Below are positions 27,908-38,281 of a DNA stretch of 64,000 bases, in pieces (the first letter of the stretch is position 1; every line of letters begins with the position of its first letter). This DNA comes from an uncultured Nitrososphaerota archaeon. GTDB taxonomy: Archaea; Thermoproteota; Nitrososphaeria; Nitrososphaerales; Nitrosopumilaceae. The notes under the pieces were generated by a model. The model saw only the letters and a list, made by a program, of their open reading frames with translations, had not been told where the DNA came from and searched no databases. The stretch spans positions 928,001 through 992,000 of the forward strand of contig OY969559.1 in the NCBI GenBank assembly GCA_963701075.1, read 5' to 3'. Both the position numbers and the translations under genes were made by a program.

Positions 27908-29392
27908 ATGGTAATGTCAAAGAATCCGAAAGACGTTTCTTCTGATAAGATATCCTCGCGAGCATGGAAGACTCTCATAATTCTAAGCTTGCTTGCAACA
28001 ATGGCCATGTATGCCGAAACAATGCTTGTACCAGCAATTCCAGACCTGATAAAAGATTTTCATATTTCTTATGGTACATCATCGTGGATCCTAACAACAT
28101 ATCTTCTAGCTGGAGCAATCATGACTCCCATTGCAGGCAAGATGTCCGACATCTATGGAAAGAAAAAGATGCTGCTTGTTATCGTGGTAATTTATACAAT
28201 AGGTGTTTCACTGGGAGGTTTTGTTACAAATATCTATGAGATGCTAACAGTCCGAATAATACAGGGAATTGGAATGTCCATGTTCCCAATAGCTTTTGGA
28301 ATGATCAGGGAACAATTTCCTATAAAAAAACTTGCAATAGGACAGGGAATAATAACTTCAATGTTTGCCGGAGGAGCAGTAATAGGACTAGTTGCAGGAG
28401 GACATTTGATTCAAAACTATGGTTGGCAATCTACTTTCTTCTCAATAATTCCAATTGCGCTTGCACTGATAGTAGTAATCAAGAGGTTCATACATGTAGA
28501 CGAGGTTCATCCTCAATGGAAGATTGAGAACTCCACAGAGCCTAACATCATGCCAAAAAATGGTATTGACATTCAGGGCGCTGTGACTCTGGCTGTATCT
28601 GTAACTGCATTTTTGATGGCCCTAACCTTTGTCGAGACAGGTGACTCGGCAGGATCTTCGACCACTATAGGTCTTGCTGTGATTGGAATTGTTTACATGG
28701 TTCTCTTTGCAATAATTGAAAAGAGATCAAAATACCCGCTAGTAGATCTCAAAATACTTCTCAACAAGACAATACTTCCGTCAAACATACTGATAATGAT
28801 TGTAGGCATGTCGATGTTCATGGTTTTTCAGACTATACCTGTACTGATTCGAAGCCCAGTACCGCTGGGGTTTGGGGCAGATCCAGTGGCTACCACAAAT
28901 GTACAACTCCCATTTGCTCTTGTTCTGCTAATCTTTGGCCCAACTTCTGGTTTTATCATATCAAAGATGGGTTCTACAAAGCCGATAATAGTTGGTAGCA
29001 TAATCAGTGCTGCAGGATTTGCCAGTCTTTTCATGTATCATTCAACAGAGTTTATGATCTCGACAAGTCTTGCAATACTATCTACAGGCCTGTCACTTAC
29101 CAATGTAGGTGCAATGAATGTAATCATGGTTGCAACACCAAAACAAAACGTAGGGGTATCGTTGGGGATGAGCACCTTGATTAGAATAATTGGTGCATCA
29201 GTGGGACCTGCAATGGCTGGAATGTTCATGCAAACTCACAAGACTTCGCTTCCAGGCATAGTTGGCACGTTTCCAACTCCGGATTCTTACAACCTGATAT
29301 TTCTTATTGCTACAATTGTTGCCATAGCATCAATCGGGCTTGCCATATTTTTGAGCAGATCTGTCTCGAAAACTGCAATTCATATCAAATGA
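27908..29392 (+). CDS. MFS transporter (DHA2/14-TM type)
   Basis: GKMSDIYGKK, RIIQGIG, multiple TM helices. Confidence 0.92.
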   Translation: MVMSKNPKDVSSDKISSRAWKTLIILSLLATMAMYAETMLVPAIPDLIKDFHISYGTSSWILTTYLLAGAIMTPIAGKMSDIYGKKKMLLVIVVIYTIGVSLGGFVTNIYEMLTVRIIQGIGMSMFPIAFGMIREQFPIKKLAIGQGIITSMFAGGAVIGLVAGGHLIQNYGWQSTFFSIIPIALALIVVIKRFIHVDEVHPQWKIENSTEPNIMPKNGIDIQGAVTLAVSVTAFLMALTFVETGDSAGSSTTIGLAVIGIVYMVLFAIIEKRSKYPLVDLKILLNKTILPSNILIMIVGMSMFMVFQTIPVLIRSPVPLGFGADPVATTNVQLPFALVLLIFGPTSGFIISKMGSTKPIIVGSIISAAGFASLFMYHSTEFMISTSLAILSTGLSLTNVGAMNVIMVATPKQNVGVSLGMSTLIRIIGASVGPAMAGMFMQTHKTSLPGIVGTFPTPDSYNLIFLIATIVAIASIGLAIFLSRSVSKTAIHIK

Positions 29393-29398
29393 AAAGTT

Positions 29399-30220
29399 TT
29401 AGGACTGGCTTGTAACGCCTTGACTCTCAGACTTGGCTTTAAGTAGGCCTAGTTCGTTTTTGACCGTCTCATATTCTACTCTTGTTCGAGCCAGCGCAGT
29501 CTTTACTACTTCCAACTCTTTTTTTGCAGCTTCATACTTTGAATTTAGCGCAGCTGCTACAGCGCCAGCCGCTTCTACAATTTTCCTAGAATCATCCTTT
29601 TTGCCAACTGTGGCAAGTTCTTTTTCTATGAATTCTAATTCATTTTTGGTTATCAGAATCTCTTTTTTCTTTAATTCTTGTTGGGCTTTCAAAGAATCAA
29701 GTTCTGTTTTTGCTTTTTGCACGGCAGTATGTATCTCGCTCATCTCTTTCTTGGCATCATCTATTTCTGACTGGGTTTTTTCAAGTTCTATAGTCTTGCT
29801 TTCTTTTTGAGAATCAATTGAAGCCAACTCGTCCTTTACTTGTTGAATTTGTTGTTTGATCACGTCAACATCCTTTTGATTGTACTGAGATTTTACCATC
29901 TCAAGATCAGATTTAGCTTTTTTAATCTGTTCCATGTATGATTCTCGCTCTGTCCTGTTTGAAGTAATTTCTACTCTTAAGGAATCAAGCTCTTCTTTTA
30001 CAGTCTTGCTTTCTTTTATAATGGCATCAAGTTCTGTTTTTGCATGTTCGATCTCTCTAGCATGTGATTCCAACACGAGAGCATTTTCCTGAATCTCTTT
30101 TTCCAATTGGTTTATCTCATTCTGTAATTGTTCTTTTTGAATCTGCTCTGTGGTCTTTACTTGGATAGTTTCTTTTGCAACTTCTTCTGATTCCTTCTTC
30201 GAGCGACCAAAAAGTCCCAT
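29399..30220 (-). CDS. long coiled-coil protein
   Basis: Heptad-rich; MGLFG N-terminus; IVEAAGAVAAAL motif. Confidence 0.8.
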   Translation of the reverse strand: MGLFGRSKKESEEVAKETIQVKTTEQIQKEQLQNEINQLEKEIQENALVLESHAREIEHAKTELDAIIKESKTVKEELDSLRVEITSNRTERESYMEQIKKAKSDLEMVKSQYNQKDVDVIKQQIQQVKDELASIDSQKESKTIELEKTQSEIDDAKKEMSEIHTAVQKAKTELDSLKAQQELKKKEILITKNELEFIEKELATVGKKDDSRKIVEAAGAVAAALNSKYEAAKKELEVVKTALARTRVEYETVKNELGLLKAKSESQGVTSQS

Positions 30221-30289
30221 TAATAGGACTTGTTGTGTATGGTAAGAAAAGTATTCCTCTTTTGCAGTACGACACGACTTGGATAAATG

Positions 30290-30478
30290 CTACTTTTTCT
30301 TCTTCAGGAAGCTTATGTAAAACCCAAATCCGCCAACCACAAATCCAAGTATGATTATGGCCAGACCGCCAATTATGTCGTTTTTGAAATAGTTTGGAGC
30401 AAATATGAAAATGAATATTCCAATTACGATTAGGATCATGCCACTTCCTTTAGGTCTATTGTGTTCGCTGTGTGCCAT
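30290..30478 (-). CDS. small 2-TM protein
   Basis: Co-oriented after lysS. Confidence 0.7.
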   Translation of the reverse strand: MAHSEHNRPKGSGMILIVIGIFIFIFAPNYFKNDIIGGLAIIILGFVVGGFGFYISFLKKKK

Positions 30479-30480
30479 GA

Positions 30481-32067
30481 CTATATGTGATCAGAGATTG
30501 CAAGGGCAGCTTTTTCTCTTCCGATATCTAGTATGAATGGGCCTAGCTTTGGTCCTCTGTCCGAAGCCAATATTATTTGATATAAAATCTTGAAAAAGTC
30601 TTTAGGTTGAACTCCGTTGCTTTTTGCAATATTGTATATAGCATTTTGTAGATCTTCAGGCTTGCTTTCTACAGACAAGACATTTGTCAGTTCTACCAAA
30701 GCTTTCTTTGACATGTCGTCTATCTGAATTTCAACTTTTGTTGGCTTGTCAAAGTCATCTGCATAATTTGCTGCCAATGTTATCAACTCATCAATTTCTG
30801 GCGATGATTCTTTTATGGTTCCATATTCCATAAGCTTCTTTGTTACTTTGGAAACTCTGTCCTCTCTGAATATAGTACACAATTGAACCAACAATCTGTA
30901 ATTTACATGTGGTGTAGGATTTTTTGGGGGGTTTAGCAGGTTCACGTATTCATACAGACCTTTTGTCCTGGTTGTCTTGTTCTCATTGTCAAGTTTTATT
31001 TTTTCGAAGTAAATGTTTTCAAGTTCGTGATATTCGTCCATTAATACAGGAATATCATCAAATCCTACTTCACGTGTTCCAGTTATTCGTTTGTACAAAA
31101 GCAAGAGGATTGACTTGGGTGTTCCGTATCTCAACCAAGCCTGTGATGTTACAACATTTCCAAGTGACTTTGATATCTTTTTTCCACCCTTGTCCAAAAA
31201 CATCTCATATCTAACATGGGTAGGATGTTGGAAATTTAGTATCTCGTCTGCCACCCAGTCATTGACCTTGACAGAATCCATGATGTCTTTTCCATACGCT
31301 TCAAATCTGATGTCAAATGCTTGCCATCTTGCTGCAAATTCTACTTTCCATGCAAGCTTTCCCAAATCTTTTGTAATATCTGCGATGCCATCATGCCCGC
31401 ATCCTTCAAGAATTTTGGAACCAATTGTGGTTCCGCTACACTTGTATTTGATCTTCTTTTCATCTGGAAGATATTCATAAGCAATCGCAGTATACAGTCT
31501 TCCACAGTTTGTACAAACAGGAAAATATGGTAGAGTTTCCTGGTATTTTTCTTGTCCTACCAACTCTGCAATTTTTTCTCCAATTTTTTTGCTATTTGTC
31601 AGAATGGTATGGATTTGATCTTTTAGCAAGCCATTTCTGTAAGTGTCAACTCCCCGCTGGAACTTGTACTTGATTCCAAGTTTGTCAAGTCCATCTAAGA
31701 GTAGACTACTCATGTGCAACCCATAAGAATCGTGACATCCAAACGGATCGGGAATAAACGAAACAGGTTTTGCAATGTGCTCTTTTAACCATTCTGGAAA
31801 CCCTTCAGGAATTTTTCTCAGTCCGTCAAGATCATCTGAATAGGCAACAAGCTCTGACTTGAACCCAAAGTTTTCAAGTGCAAGCTTTACACCATATGCC
31901 CTAACTGCATCTCCTAGACTTCCAATGTGAGGAATTCCAGATGCGCCAAGACCGCTCTCGACTCTTATCATGTCAGTGCTTCTTCCAAGAGACCTTTCTC
32001 TCTCTAGAAGTTCATCTGCAAGCTTGTCTATCCAAGTTCCTTTTCCTATTATTTTTTGTTCTTCCAT
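30481..32067 (-). CDS. lysS: lysine--tRNA ligase, class I
   Basis: SGIPHIGS, KLAWKVEF, KISKSLGN, GPKLG. Confidence 0.96.
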   Translation of the reverse strand: MEEQKIIGKGTWIDKLADELLERERSLGRSTDMIRVESGLGASGIPHIGSLGDAVRAYGVKLALENFGFKSELVAYSDDLDGLRKIPEGFPEWLKEHIAKPVSFIPDPFGCHDSYGLHMSSLLLDGLDKLGIKYKFQRGVDTYRNGLLKDQIHTILTNSKKIGEKIAELVGQEKYQETLPYFPVCTNCGRLYTAIAYEYLPDEKKIKYKCSGTTIGSKILEGCGHDGIADITKDLGKLAWKVEFAARWQAFDIRFEAYGKDIMDSVKVNDWVADEILNFQHPTHVRYEMFLDKGGKKISKSLGNVVTSQAWLRYGTPKSILLLLYKRITGTREVGFDDIPVLMDEYHELENIYFEKIKLDNENKTTRTKGLYEYVNLLNPPKNPTPHVNYRLLVQLCTIFREDRVSKVTKKLMEYGTIKESSPEIDELITLAANYADDFDKPTKVEIQIDDMSKKALVELTNVLSVESKPEDLQNAIYNIAKSNGVQPKDFFKILYQIILASDRGPKLGPFILDIGREKAALAISDHI

Positions 32068-33653
32068 TATGACAATTCCTTTGACATGTATGGACCGTCA
32101 ATCAAGTAACCTAACTTTCTATAGTATTCTCTTGTACCAACCGCGCTTATGACTAGTAATCTCTTTGCGTCAAACTCTTCTCTTGAAATTCTCTCTGCTT
32201 CTCCCATCAGGTTCTTTCCAAGCCCTAGGTGTTGAACGCTGTCTTTATCGCGCTCTCCAAGCTTGAGCGATTTGCCATACACATGCAATTCTCTTACTAT
32301 GCATGTGTTACTGGTAACTTCGCTCCTGTGTGCCATGTTGCTTGGTTTTCGCAGTCTCAAAAATCCAAATATCCTGTCTTTTGAATCGTCATACGACAGA
32401 AACACTTCCTGTCCACTTGAGGATTCATAGCTATCTTGATTCAACTTAATGTCATCAATGTTAATTGTATTCTCAGACAAGCCAGCTTCTCTGCACCTGA
32501 TGCATTTGCAAGAGAGATTTTGCTTTTTGAGATTGTGTTGGACCATCTGGCGCAGGTTGCCAAGATTGGGGCCTGCAATAATTTGATCAGATGAGATCTC
32601 CCTCTGCATCCTCATTATTCGTGCCCATCTTGGTATGATCTTTTTCATCTCGGTTAATACTGTCATCATGTCATCTTGGGAATATGGTGTGAACTTGCCT
32701 TCTTTGTATGACTGGTATAATGCAGTATTTTCAAGAACCAGTGTTGGATAGATCTTTAGCATGTCTGGTTTGAGAGCAGGATCAGAAAATAGTCTTTTGA
32801 AATCCTCAATATCTTCTTCTGGAGTCATGGTTGGCAGACCGGGCATCATGTGTGCCACAATCTTGTAACCTGCATCTTTTGACATCTGAAATGATTCTAC
32901 TACGTCTTCAAACGTATGACCTCTGTTGACTATTTGATAAACTCTTTCATGAAGGCTCTGAACGCCAATCTCAACTCTTGTTATTCCGTAGTCAAGCATC
33001 CAGTCCACATGCTGTGTCTTGCAATAATCTGGCTTTGTCTCTATGGTAAAACCAACATTTCTTATGTTTGCCTTTTCATTATTTTTTTTGGCTGATTCCA
33101 AGTCTGGTGAATCAAACCCATTCAATGCATCAAAACACGACTTGATAAAAGATATTTGGTAATCACGAGGCATGAAAAGAAATGTTCCTCCAACAATTAC
33201 TATCTCAATCTTGGTACTGTCATGTCCATATCCAATCAGATGATTAAGTTTGTCAAGAACCTGTTTCTTTGGATCATAACTGTTTGCTATGGCATTTTGT
33301 GTGGATGGCTCTCGTCCTGTATAGCTATTGGGCGTGTTGAATTCAATCCCGCCAGGACAGTATGTGCATCTCCCATGAGGGCAGGCATATGGTTTTGGCA
33401 TGAGTGCAATCACGGCTACTCCCGAAGCGGTCTTTACAGGCTTTCTGATCAAAGCCTTTTGGAGCTTTACAAAGTCTTGCCCACTAACTGATGCAAGAAT
33501 CTCATAATTTCTTGGTATTCGTTCTAGCGAATATCTCACGCAAACGCGCTTGATCTCACGCTTTACATCTTTGTTTGTAGGTTCTGATATGGCAAGTAGA
33601 TTGTGAGAAATTTCTCTACATGCATCTTCAAAGCTTATCCCTATCTGTTGCAC
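32067..33653 (-). CDS. elp3: Elp3 tRNA U34 carboxymethyltransferase (radical SAM + GNAT)
   Basis: CPHGRCTYCPGG, LKIYPT, CIRCRE, VRELHVYG, QHLGLG. Confidence 0.96.
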   Translation of the reverse strand: MQQIGISFEDACREISHNLLAISEPTNKDVKREIKRVCVRYSLERIPRNYEILASVSGQDFVKLQKALIRKPVKTASGVAVIALMPKPYACPHGRCTYCPGGIEFNTPNSYTGREPSTQNAIANSYDPKKQVLDKLNHLIGYGHDSTKIEIVIVGGTFLFMPRDYQISFIKSCFDALNGFDSPDLESAKKNNEKANIRNVGFTIETKPDYCKTQHVDWMLDYGITRVEIGVQSLHERVYQIVNRGHTFEDVVESFQMSKDAGYKIVAHMMPGLPTMTPEEDIEDFKRLFSDPALKPDMLKIYPTLVLENTALYQSYKEGKFTPYSQDDMMTVLTEMKKIIPRWARIMRMQREISSDQIIAGPNLGNLRQMVQHNLKKQNLSCKCIRCREAGLSENTINIDDIKLNQDSYESSSGQEVFLSYDDSKDRIFGFLRLRKPSNMAHRSEVTSNTCIVRELHVYGKSLKLGERDKDSVQHLGLGKNLMGEAERISREEFDAKRLLVISAVGTREYYRKLGYLIDGPYMSKELS

Positions 33654-33755
33654 ATCTTGTCTGAATGAGTTTGGGTATTAAATCCTAATCTGGATATGTC
33701 AAAACACAACCCTTTTTGGCAATCATGATGATCTTAACATTGAGAGCATGATGAA

Positions 33756-33980
33756 ATGACGATTGGATATGTGGCTATACACTGCGATACAGGCAGAGAA
33801 GTATACGTCTACGAGCGTATTGTGGACATATCTCATGTAAAGGAAGCAAGCATTGTGATGGGGCTCTATGATGTCATGTGCAAAATAGAAGTAAGCAGTA
33901 CAAAAGAATTAGAAGATACAGTTATGAAGATAAGGAAAATTTCTCACGTGCAGACCACCATGACGCTGCTTGTACTCTGA
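33756..33980 (+). CDS. Lrp/AsnC ligand-binding domain protein
   Basis: VMGLYDVMCKIE...KIRKISHVQTTMTL. Confidence 0.85.
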   Translation: MTIGYVAIHCDTGREVYVYERIVDISHVKEASIVMGLYDVMCKIEVSSTKELEDTVMKIRKISHVQTTMTLLVL

Positions 33981-33984
33981 CAAT

Positions 33985-35007
33985 TCATGCTATCTTCAGG
34001 GAATCAACAAATACACCCTTTTTATCTCTGATCTCACCAATCTGCCTGCTTTGTAGTCCGTATTTTTTGAATATTTTATCAATTCTCTCCTCTTCTTCTT
34101 CTGGTGCAATCAAGCAAAAACCAATTCCCATGTTGAATGTCTTGTACATTTCTTCTTTTTCTACATCTTGGTTTTCTATCAACTGGAATATTTCTGGAGG
34201 CTCTGGAAGATTATCGATCACATATCCTGTTTTTTTGAGGCGCAAAAGTTTGGTAAAAGAACCACCTGTTATGTGTGCAAGTCCGTGAACATCGCATTCT
34301 TTTATGGCTTCAAGTACTGGCTGAACATATACCTCAGTTGGTTCCAAAAGTGCCTCCCCTAATACACCTAATCCCTTTATCTTGTCACGCAAAGAATATT
34401 TTGAAAGTAAAACTTTTCTGGCAAGAGAGTATCCATTAGAATGCAATCCGCTACTTTTTACACCAATTATTATGTCTCCAGGATTAATCATATCTCCAAG
34501 AATCATGTTTTGTTTATTCAGTATTCCTACTACCATTCCTGCTAAATCAAATGAAAAGTTTTTTCCTGCTATTAGATCTGGTAGTATGGCCGTTTCGCCA
34601 CCTACTATTGGCACTTTGGCTTTCTTGGCTCCCCTTACAAGGCCACGGACAATTTCTTTGAAGATCTCTTGGTCATTTCTGTTTGCCGCAATATAATCAA
34701 CAAAGGAGATTGGAACGGCTCCAGTGCATATGATGTCATTCACATTCATTGCTATGCAGTCTATGCCAATAGTGTCATATTTTTTCATCATCTGTGCGAT
34801 TATTACCTTTGTACCGACACCGTCTGTGTGCGTAGCCAATAACTTTCCGCCTGGAATCTCTACAATCCCTGCGTAGTGCCCAAATCCAGACATTATCTTT
34901 ATTCCTTTTTGCAATTTATGAGTTGATGAAATTAGCCTGCCAATGCTATCTTGACTTTGTTTTATTTTCCTAATGTCAATTCCGGCATCTTTGTATGTGA
35001 CTCCCAA
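33985..35007 (-). CDS. purM: phosphoribosylformylglycinamidine cyclo-ligase
   Basis: TYKDAGID, TDGVGTK, GGETA, SSGLHSNGYSL, HITGG, FNMGIG. Confidence 0.97.
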   Translation of the reverse strand: MGVTYKDAGIDIRKIKQSQDSIGRLISSTHKLQKGIKIMSGFGHYAGIVEIPGGKLLATHTDGVGTKVIIAQMMKKYDTIGIDCIAMNVNDIICTGAVPISFVDYIAANRNDQEIFKEIVRGLVRGAKKAKVPIVGGETAILPDLIAGKNFSFDLAGMVVGILNKQNMILGDMINPGDIIIGVKSSGLHSNGYSLARKVLLSKYSLRDKIKGLGVLGEALLEPTEVYVQPVLEAIKECDVHGLAHITGGSFTKLLRLKKTGYVIDNLPEPPEIFQLIENQDVEKEEMYKTFNMGIGFCLIAPEEEEERIDKIFKKYGLQSRQIGEIRDKKGVFVDSLKIA

Positions 35008-35073
35008 TGAATCTGCTCCAGTTGCTCAGAATAAAAGAATTTTGTATCGCGTTATGTTTATACAGTCAACAGA

Positions 35074-35418
35074 CTAGTTGGTTTTTTGCGTAAACAGGTT
35101 CAACATAGTTCTTCCTTTGTCTGTTATAAAATAAACCATGTTTGATCCAATCGGTTCTTTTCGTATGAAATTGTATGCCATACAAAGATGGAGATAGTTC
35201 AGAAAGGATCTTTTCATTCTAATGTTTGATTTTACATAAAGATCTGAAAATGTTATTGGCTCGCACCTTAGTTGGTATAATAGTTTAAGGATGGAAATTG
35301 TACTAAAATCTCGAGTCCTAGCCTTGACCGCATCCAATATTTGCTCATCCCTTTTTATTATAAACTCCGAAAACTGATCGGCTACTTCCACTGGTATGTA
35401 AGTCATTCTAGTTCGCAT
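35074..35418 (-). CDS. winged-helix domain protein
   Basis: C-terminal YFITDKGR wing. Confidence 0.7.
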   Translation of the reverse strand: MRTRMTYIPVEVADQFSEFIIKRDEQILDAVKARTRDFSTISILKLLYQLRCEPITFSDLYVKSNIRMKRSFLNYLHLCMAYNFIRKEPIGSNMVYFITDKGRTMLNLFTQKTN

Positions 35419-35634
35419 ATTACAGTATAGGTACGGTAATATACCTTATTAAATTAGCTTGTGGAATTTTTGAGCTAATCAGTATCTTTTTTGAACGTGT
35501 ATGCACCATACCAAATAAACTAAGACGTACCAAATACGAAAATTTTTAATTTATGAAGAAAAAATGGCGTAGAATGCATATAGTTAGTTTGGAAGATGCA
35601 ATTTGTTTTTATTCAAGGCATGTTGAAACCCAAC

Positions 35635-35871
35635 ATGCCTAGTGCATTTGTTCTTATGAATGCTGAACTTGGAAAGGAAAATCATATTGTCAATGAGATT
35701 AAAAAAATTGCTAATGTTAAGGAGGTCTATCCAGTTTATGGTGTTTATGATGTTTTAATGATAATAGAGTCAGACTCTATGGAAGTCTTGCGTGAAACAA
35801 TAACTTCTAAGATAAGAAAATTGGATGGCATAAAATCAACCCTCACTATGATAATTGTTAAAGATCAATAA
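35635..35871 (+). CDS. Lrp/AsnC ligand-binding domain protein
   Basis: AFVLMNAELGKE...VYGVYD...KIRKLDGIKSTLTMI. Confidence 0.9.
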   Translation: MPSAFVLMNAELGKENHIVNEIKKIANVKEVYPVYGVYDVLMIIESDSMEVLRETITSKIRKLDGIKSTLTMIIVKDQ

Positions 35872-35924
35872 CGCGCACTTGTTTTCTATCATTTAATAGA
35901 AGTTATTTCAACAGGATATGGTAA

Positions 35925-36929
35925 TTGACTAACAATTTTATCATGCTTCTAGCATGGTTAGGAGAACTACTCGTGTCAAGCTGGCTGCTCTCAGAAGGAG
36001 CAGAACATCTGTCAGGACGATGGGGAGGAAGATTTGTTGGCAGAACGCTACTTAGTGTTGCGACTACCTTGCCTGAAATTGGCATTGTTGTGGCTGCCGC
36101 AAGGAATGGATCCTACGATGTGGCACTGGGTTCAGCCCTTGGAAGCAACCTGTTCATGATGACATTGGGTTTGTCAGTTATGTTGATAATCGCAACCACA
36201 CGTCTCTCAAAATCGCCGCAGAAATTTATTGATGTCAAGGAGTTTAAGATGGATAAAATACTTCTTGTGGTAACAGCGATTATCGGTGCCATTGCATTTG
36301 TAAATGGATATGACATAACAGATGGAATATTATTTTCTGGACTGTTTGGAACATATCTATATCTTGCTTATCGCGAAATGAAAAAAGAGAAAGAACAAGA
36401 GAGATTTGAGACTGACCTTCATGATCTTGACCGAAAAACGTCGAAAAAGCATTTCAGTCGTTCCATGATTTTCTTTGTTATTGGTACAATTGGAATCTTT
36501 GTTGGAGCTGAGCCTTTTGTTCATACTTTACAAGGATCAGCATCCGACTTTGGGGTATCAGCTGTAATACTTGCTGTAATTATAAGTCCAATCGCAGGGG
36601 AGATGCCTGAGAAGATATCTATGATTCTCTTGGCAAGAAAGGGAAACAAAGGTGCATCGATTGCAGTTGCAAACGTACTTGGCTCCAAGATAGTCAATAA
36701 CACATTGTTGTTATCCGTAGCTATTTTTGCAGCAATAAGTTACAAAGGATTGAGTGCAAAGATCCCAAACACATCGCTTTTAGAAAACCAGATGATACTT
36801 GTCACTGTCATAACAATTATTGCGTTGATACCGATGTTCCGAAACAAGTTAGGTCTGCGTTCAGGTCTGCTGTTGTTGGCGCTCTATGCAGTTGGCATTG
36901 GGTTCCAATTTGTACTTTCTGGCCATTAA
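35925..36929 (+). CDS. Na+/Ca2+ (CaCA) exchanger family protein
   Basis: ATTLPE, ALGSALGSN, GEMPE, ANVLGS. Confidence 0.9.
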   Translation: MTNNFIMLLAWLGELLVSSWLLSEGAEHLSGRWGGRFVGRTLLSVATTLPEIGIVVAAARNGSYDVALGSALGSNLFMMTLGLSVMLIIATTRLSKSPQKFIDVKEFKMDKILLVVTAIIGAIAFVNGYDITDGILFSGLFGTYLYLAYREMKKEKEQERFETDLHDLDRKTSKKHFSRSMIFFVIGTIGIFVGAEPFVHTLQGSASDFGVSAVILAVIISPIAGEMPEKISMILLARKGNKGASIAVANVLGSKIVNNTLLLSVAIFAAISYKGLSAKIPNTSLLENQMILVTVITIIALIPMFRNKLGLRSGLLLLALYAVGIGFQFVLSGH

Positions 36930-38281
36930 ATAGGAATCACTTTGATTTCATCTACCTTGACAGAAGGTGTAACGCAGGGAAGGGCACTCCACTGAAGTAC
37001 ATTTTGAGAATCATTTCCTATATCTGATATGTTCTGGAGCAGTGTGGGTAAACTATGTACTATTCTTACAGACTTGCCAGAACTTACTATTTTACCGTCT
37101 TCTATTATCCTAACACCACTTCTAGCAGTACATGAAAAATCCCCACGTTCTGGATTGACTGCATATGTGTACCAGAGCCTTCCTACAAGCAAGCCCTTTC
37201 TAGTCTCTTTTATCATCTCATCTCTGCCTGTATTGCCTTCTTTTATTCTCAGATTATGCGGAATTGGGCTTGGTATGGGGGTTGCAGCTCTTCCCATTGG
37301 AGATCCCATTCTACCTGCATTGCCTGTTGTTTGAAGATTTTCTTTGAAGGCATGGTAAGAATCTGAATATATGTCTGAAAAAATTCCCGACTCTATTAGG
37401 TACCTTGTTTTTGTTGGGGTACCTTCGTCATCAAAGGGCTTACTTCCTATGCCGTCTGGAAAGTGAGGATCGTCAATCAAGCTAAATTTCTCTACTGCGA
37501 TTTCCTTGCCAAGTTTTTCAGCAAAACAACTTCTCTTTTCAGAATATGTCTTTAGATTGAAATTTGAGGCAAAAACAAATGCAAGCATCTCTCCAATCGC
37601 ATATGGTTCAAAAATTACAGAATATGTTTCTGGATTGCAACCTTGTGGATTAATTGAATTGATGCACATCTCTCTTGCATCGCTTCCAACTCGCTGCGGA
37701 AAAAATGAATTCATGGTTCTTGAAGATAATGCACCAATCCCGCTTACTGGAGTATTTCCATAATCTGAATCAGCATTGATGGTTCCAGCTATGTATGTAG
37801 CCTTGTCTGAACATCTCAAGCCATTGGTATTTTCAATCTCGAATTCTTCCGATACAATATTCAACGATCCAGAAATTCTTGTTATTTTTTCATGTGATGC
37901 AGAATTTATCATAATATTTGCTATCTCTATTGCTTCAAGCCCTGTTATGCTCTCTAGTTTTTCATCAAAGGTTTTTTCGACTTTTGTAAACTTTGCAGGA
38001 TGGGCAAGTGACTTCCAGAAACTTTTAGGCTGCATGAAAGATTTTGTCTGCAGAGCTCTTTCAACCAAACATGTATCTTCTATATCGTTGGTAACAGCAG
38101 ATAGAATCTTTTTTTCATGTATTATTCTTATTCCTAATCCTTGTTCATCGTTTTGTTTTATCTCTGCTATTTCAGAGTCAGTTATTCTGACAGTAATGAT
38201 CTTTTTTCTGACATATACTGCTTCGCATTCATCAATATGCAATCTTGTTGCTTTGCGAAGGATAGATTCGCAATTTGACAA
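36926..38281 (-). CDS. TldD/PmbA family protein (PmbA-like)
   Basis: PFDDEGTP, TTGNA, GDFS. Confidence 0.9.
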   Translation of the reverse strand: MSNCESILRKATRLHIDECEAVYVRKKIITVRITDSEIAEIKQNDEQGLGIRIIHEKKILSAVTNDIEDTCLVERALQTKSFMQPKSFWKSLAHPAKFTKVEKTFDEKLESITGLEAIEIANIMINSASHEKITRISGSLNIVSEEFEIENTNGLRCSDKATYIAGTINADSDYGNTPVSGIGALSSRTMNSFFPQRVGSDAREMCINSINPQGCNPETYSVIFEPYAIGEMLAFVFASNFNLKTYSEKRSCFAEKLGKEIAVEKFSLIDDPHFPDGIGSKPFDDEGTPTKTRYLIESGIFSDIYSDSYHAFKENLQTTGNAGRMGSPMGRAATPIPSPIPHNLRIKEGNTGRDEMIKETRKGLLVGRLWYTYAVNPERGDFSCTARSGVRIIEDGKIVSSGKSVRIVHSLPTLLQNISDIGNDSQNVLQWSALPCVTPSVKVDEIKVIPI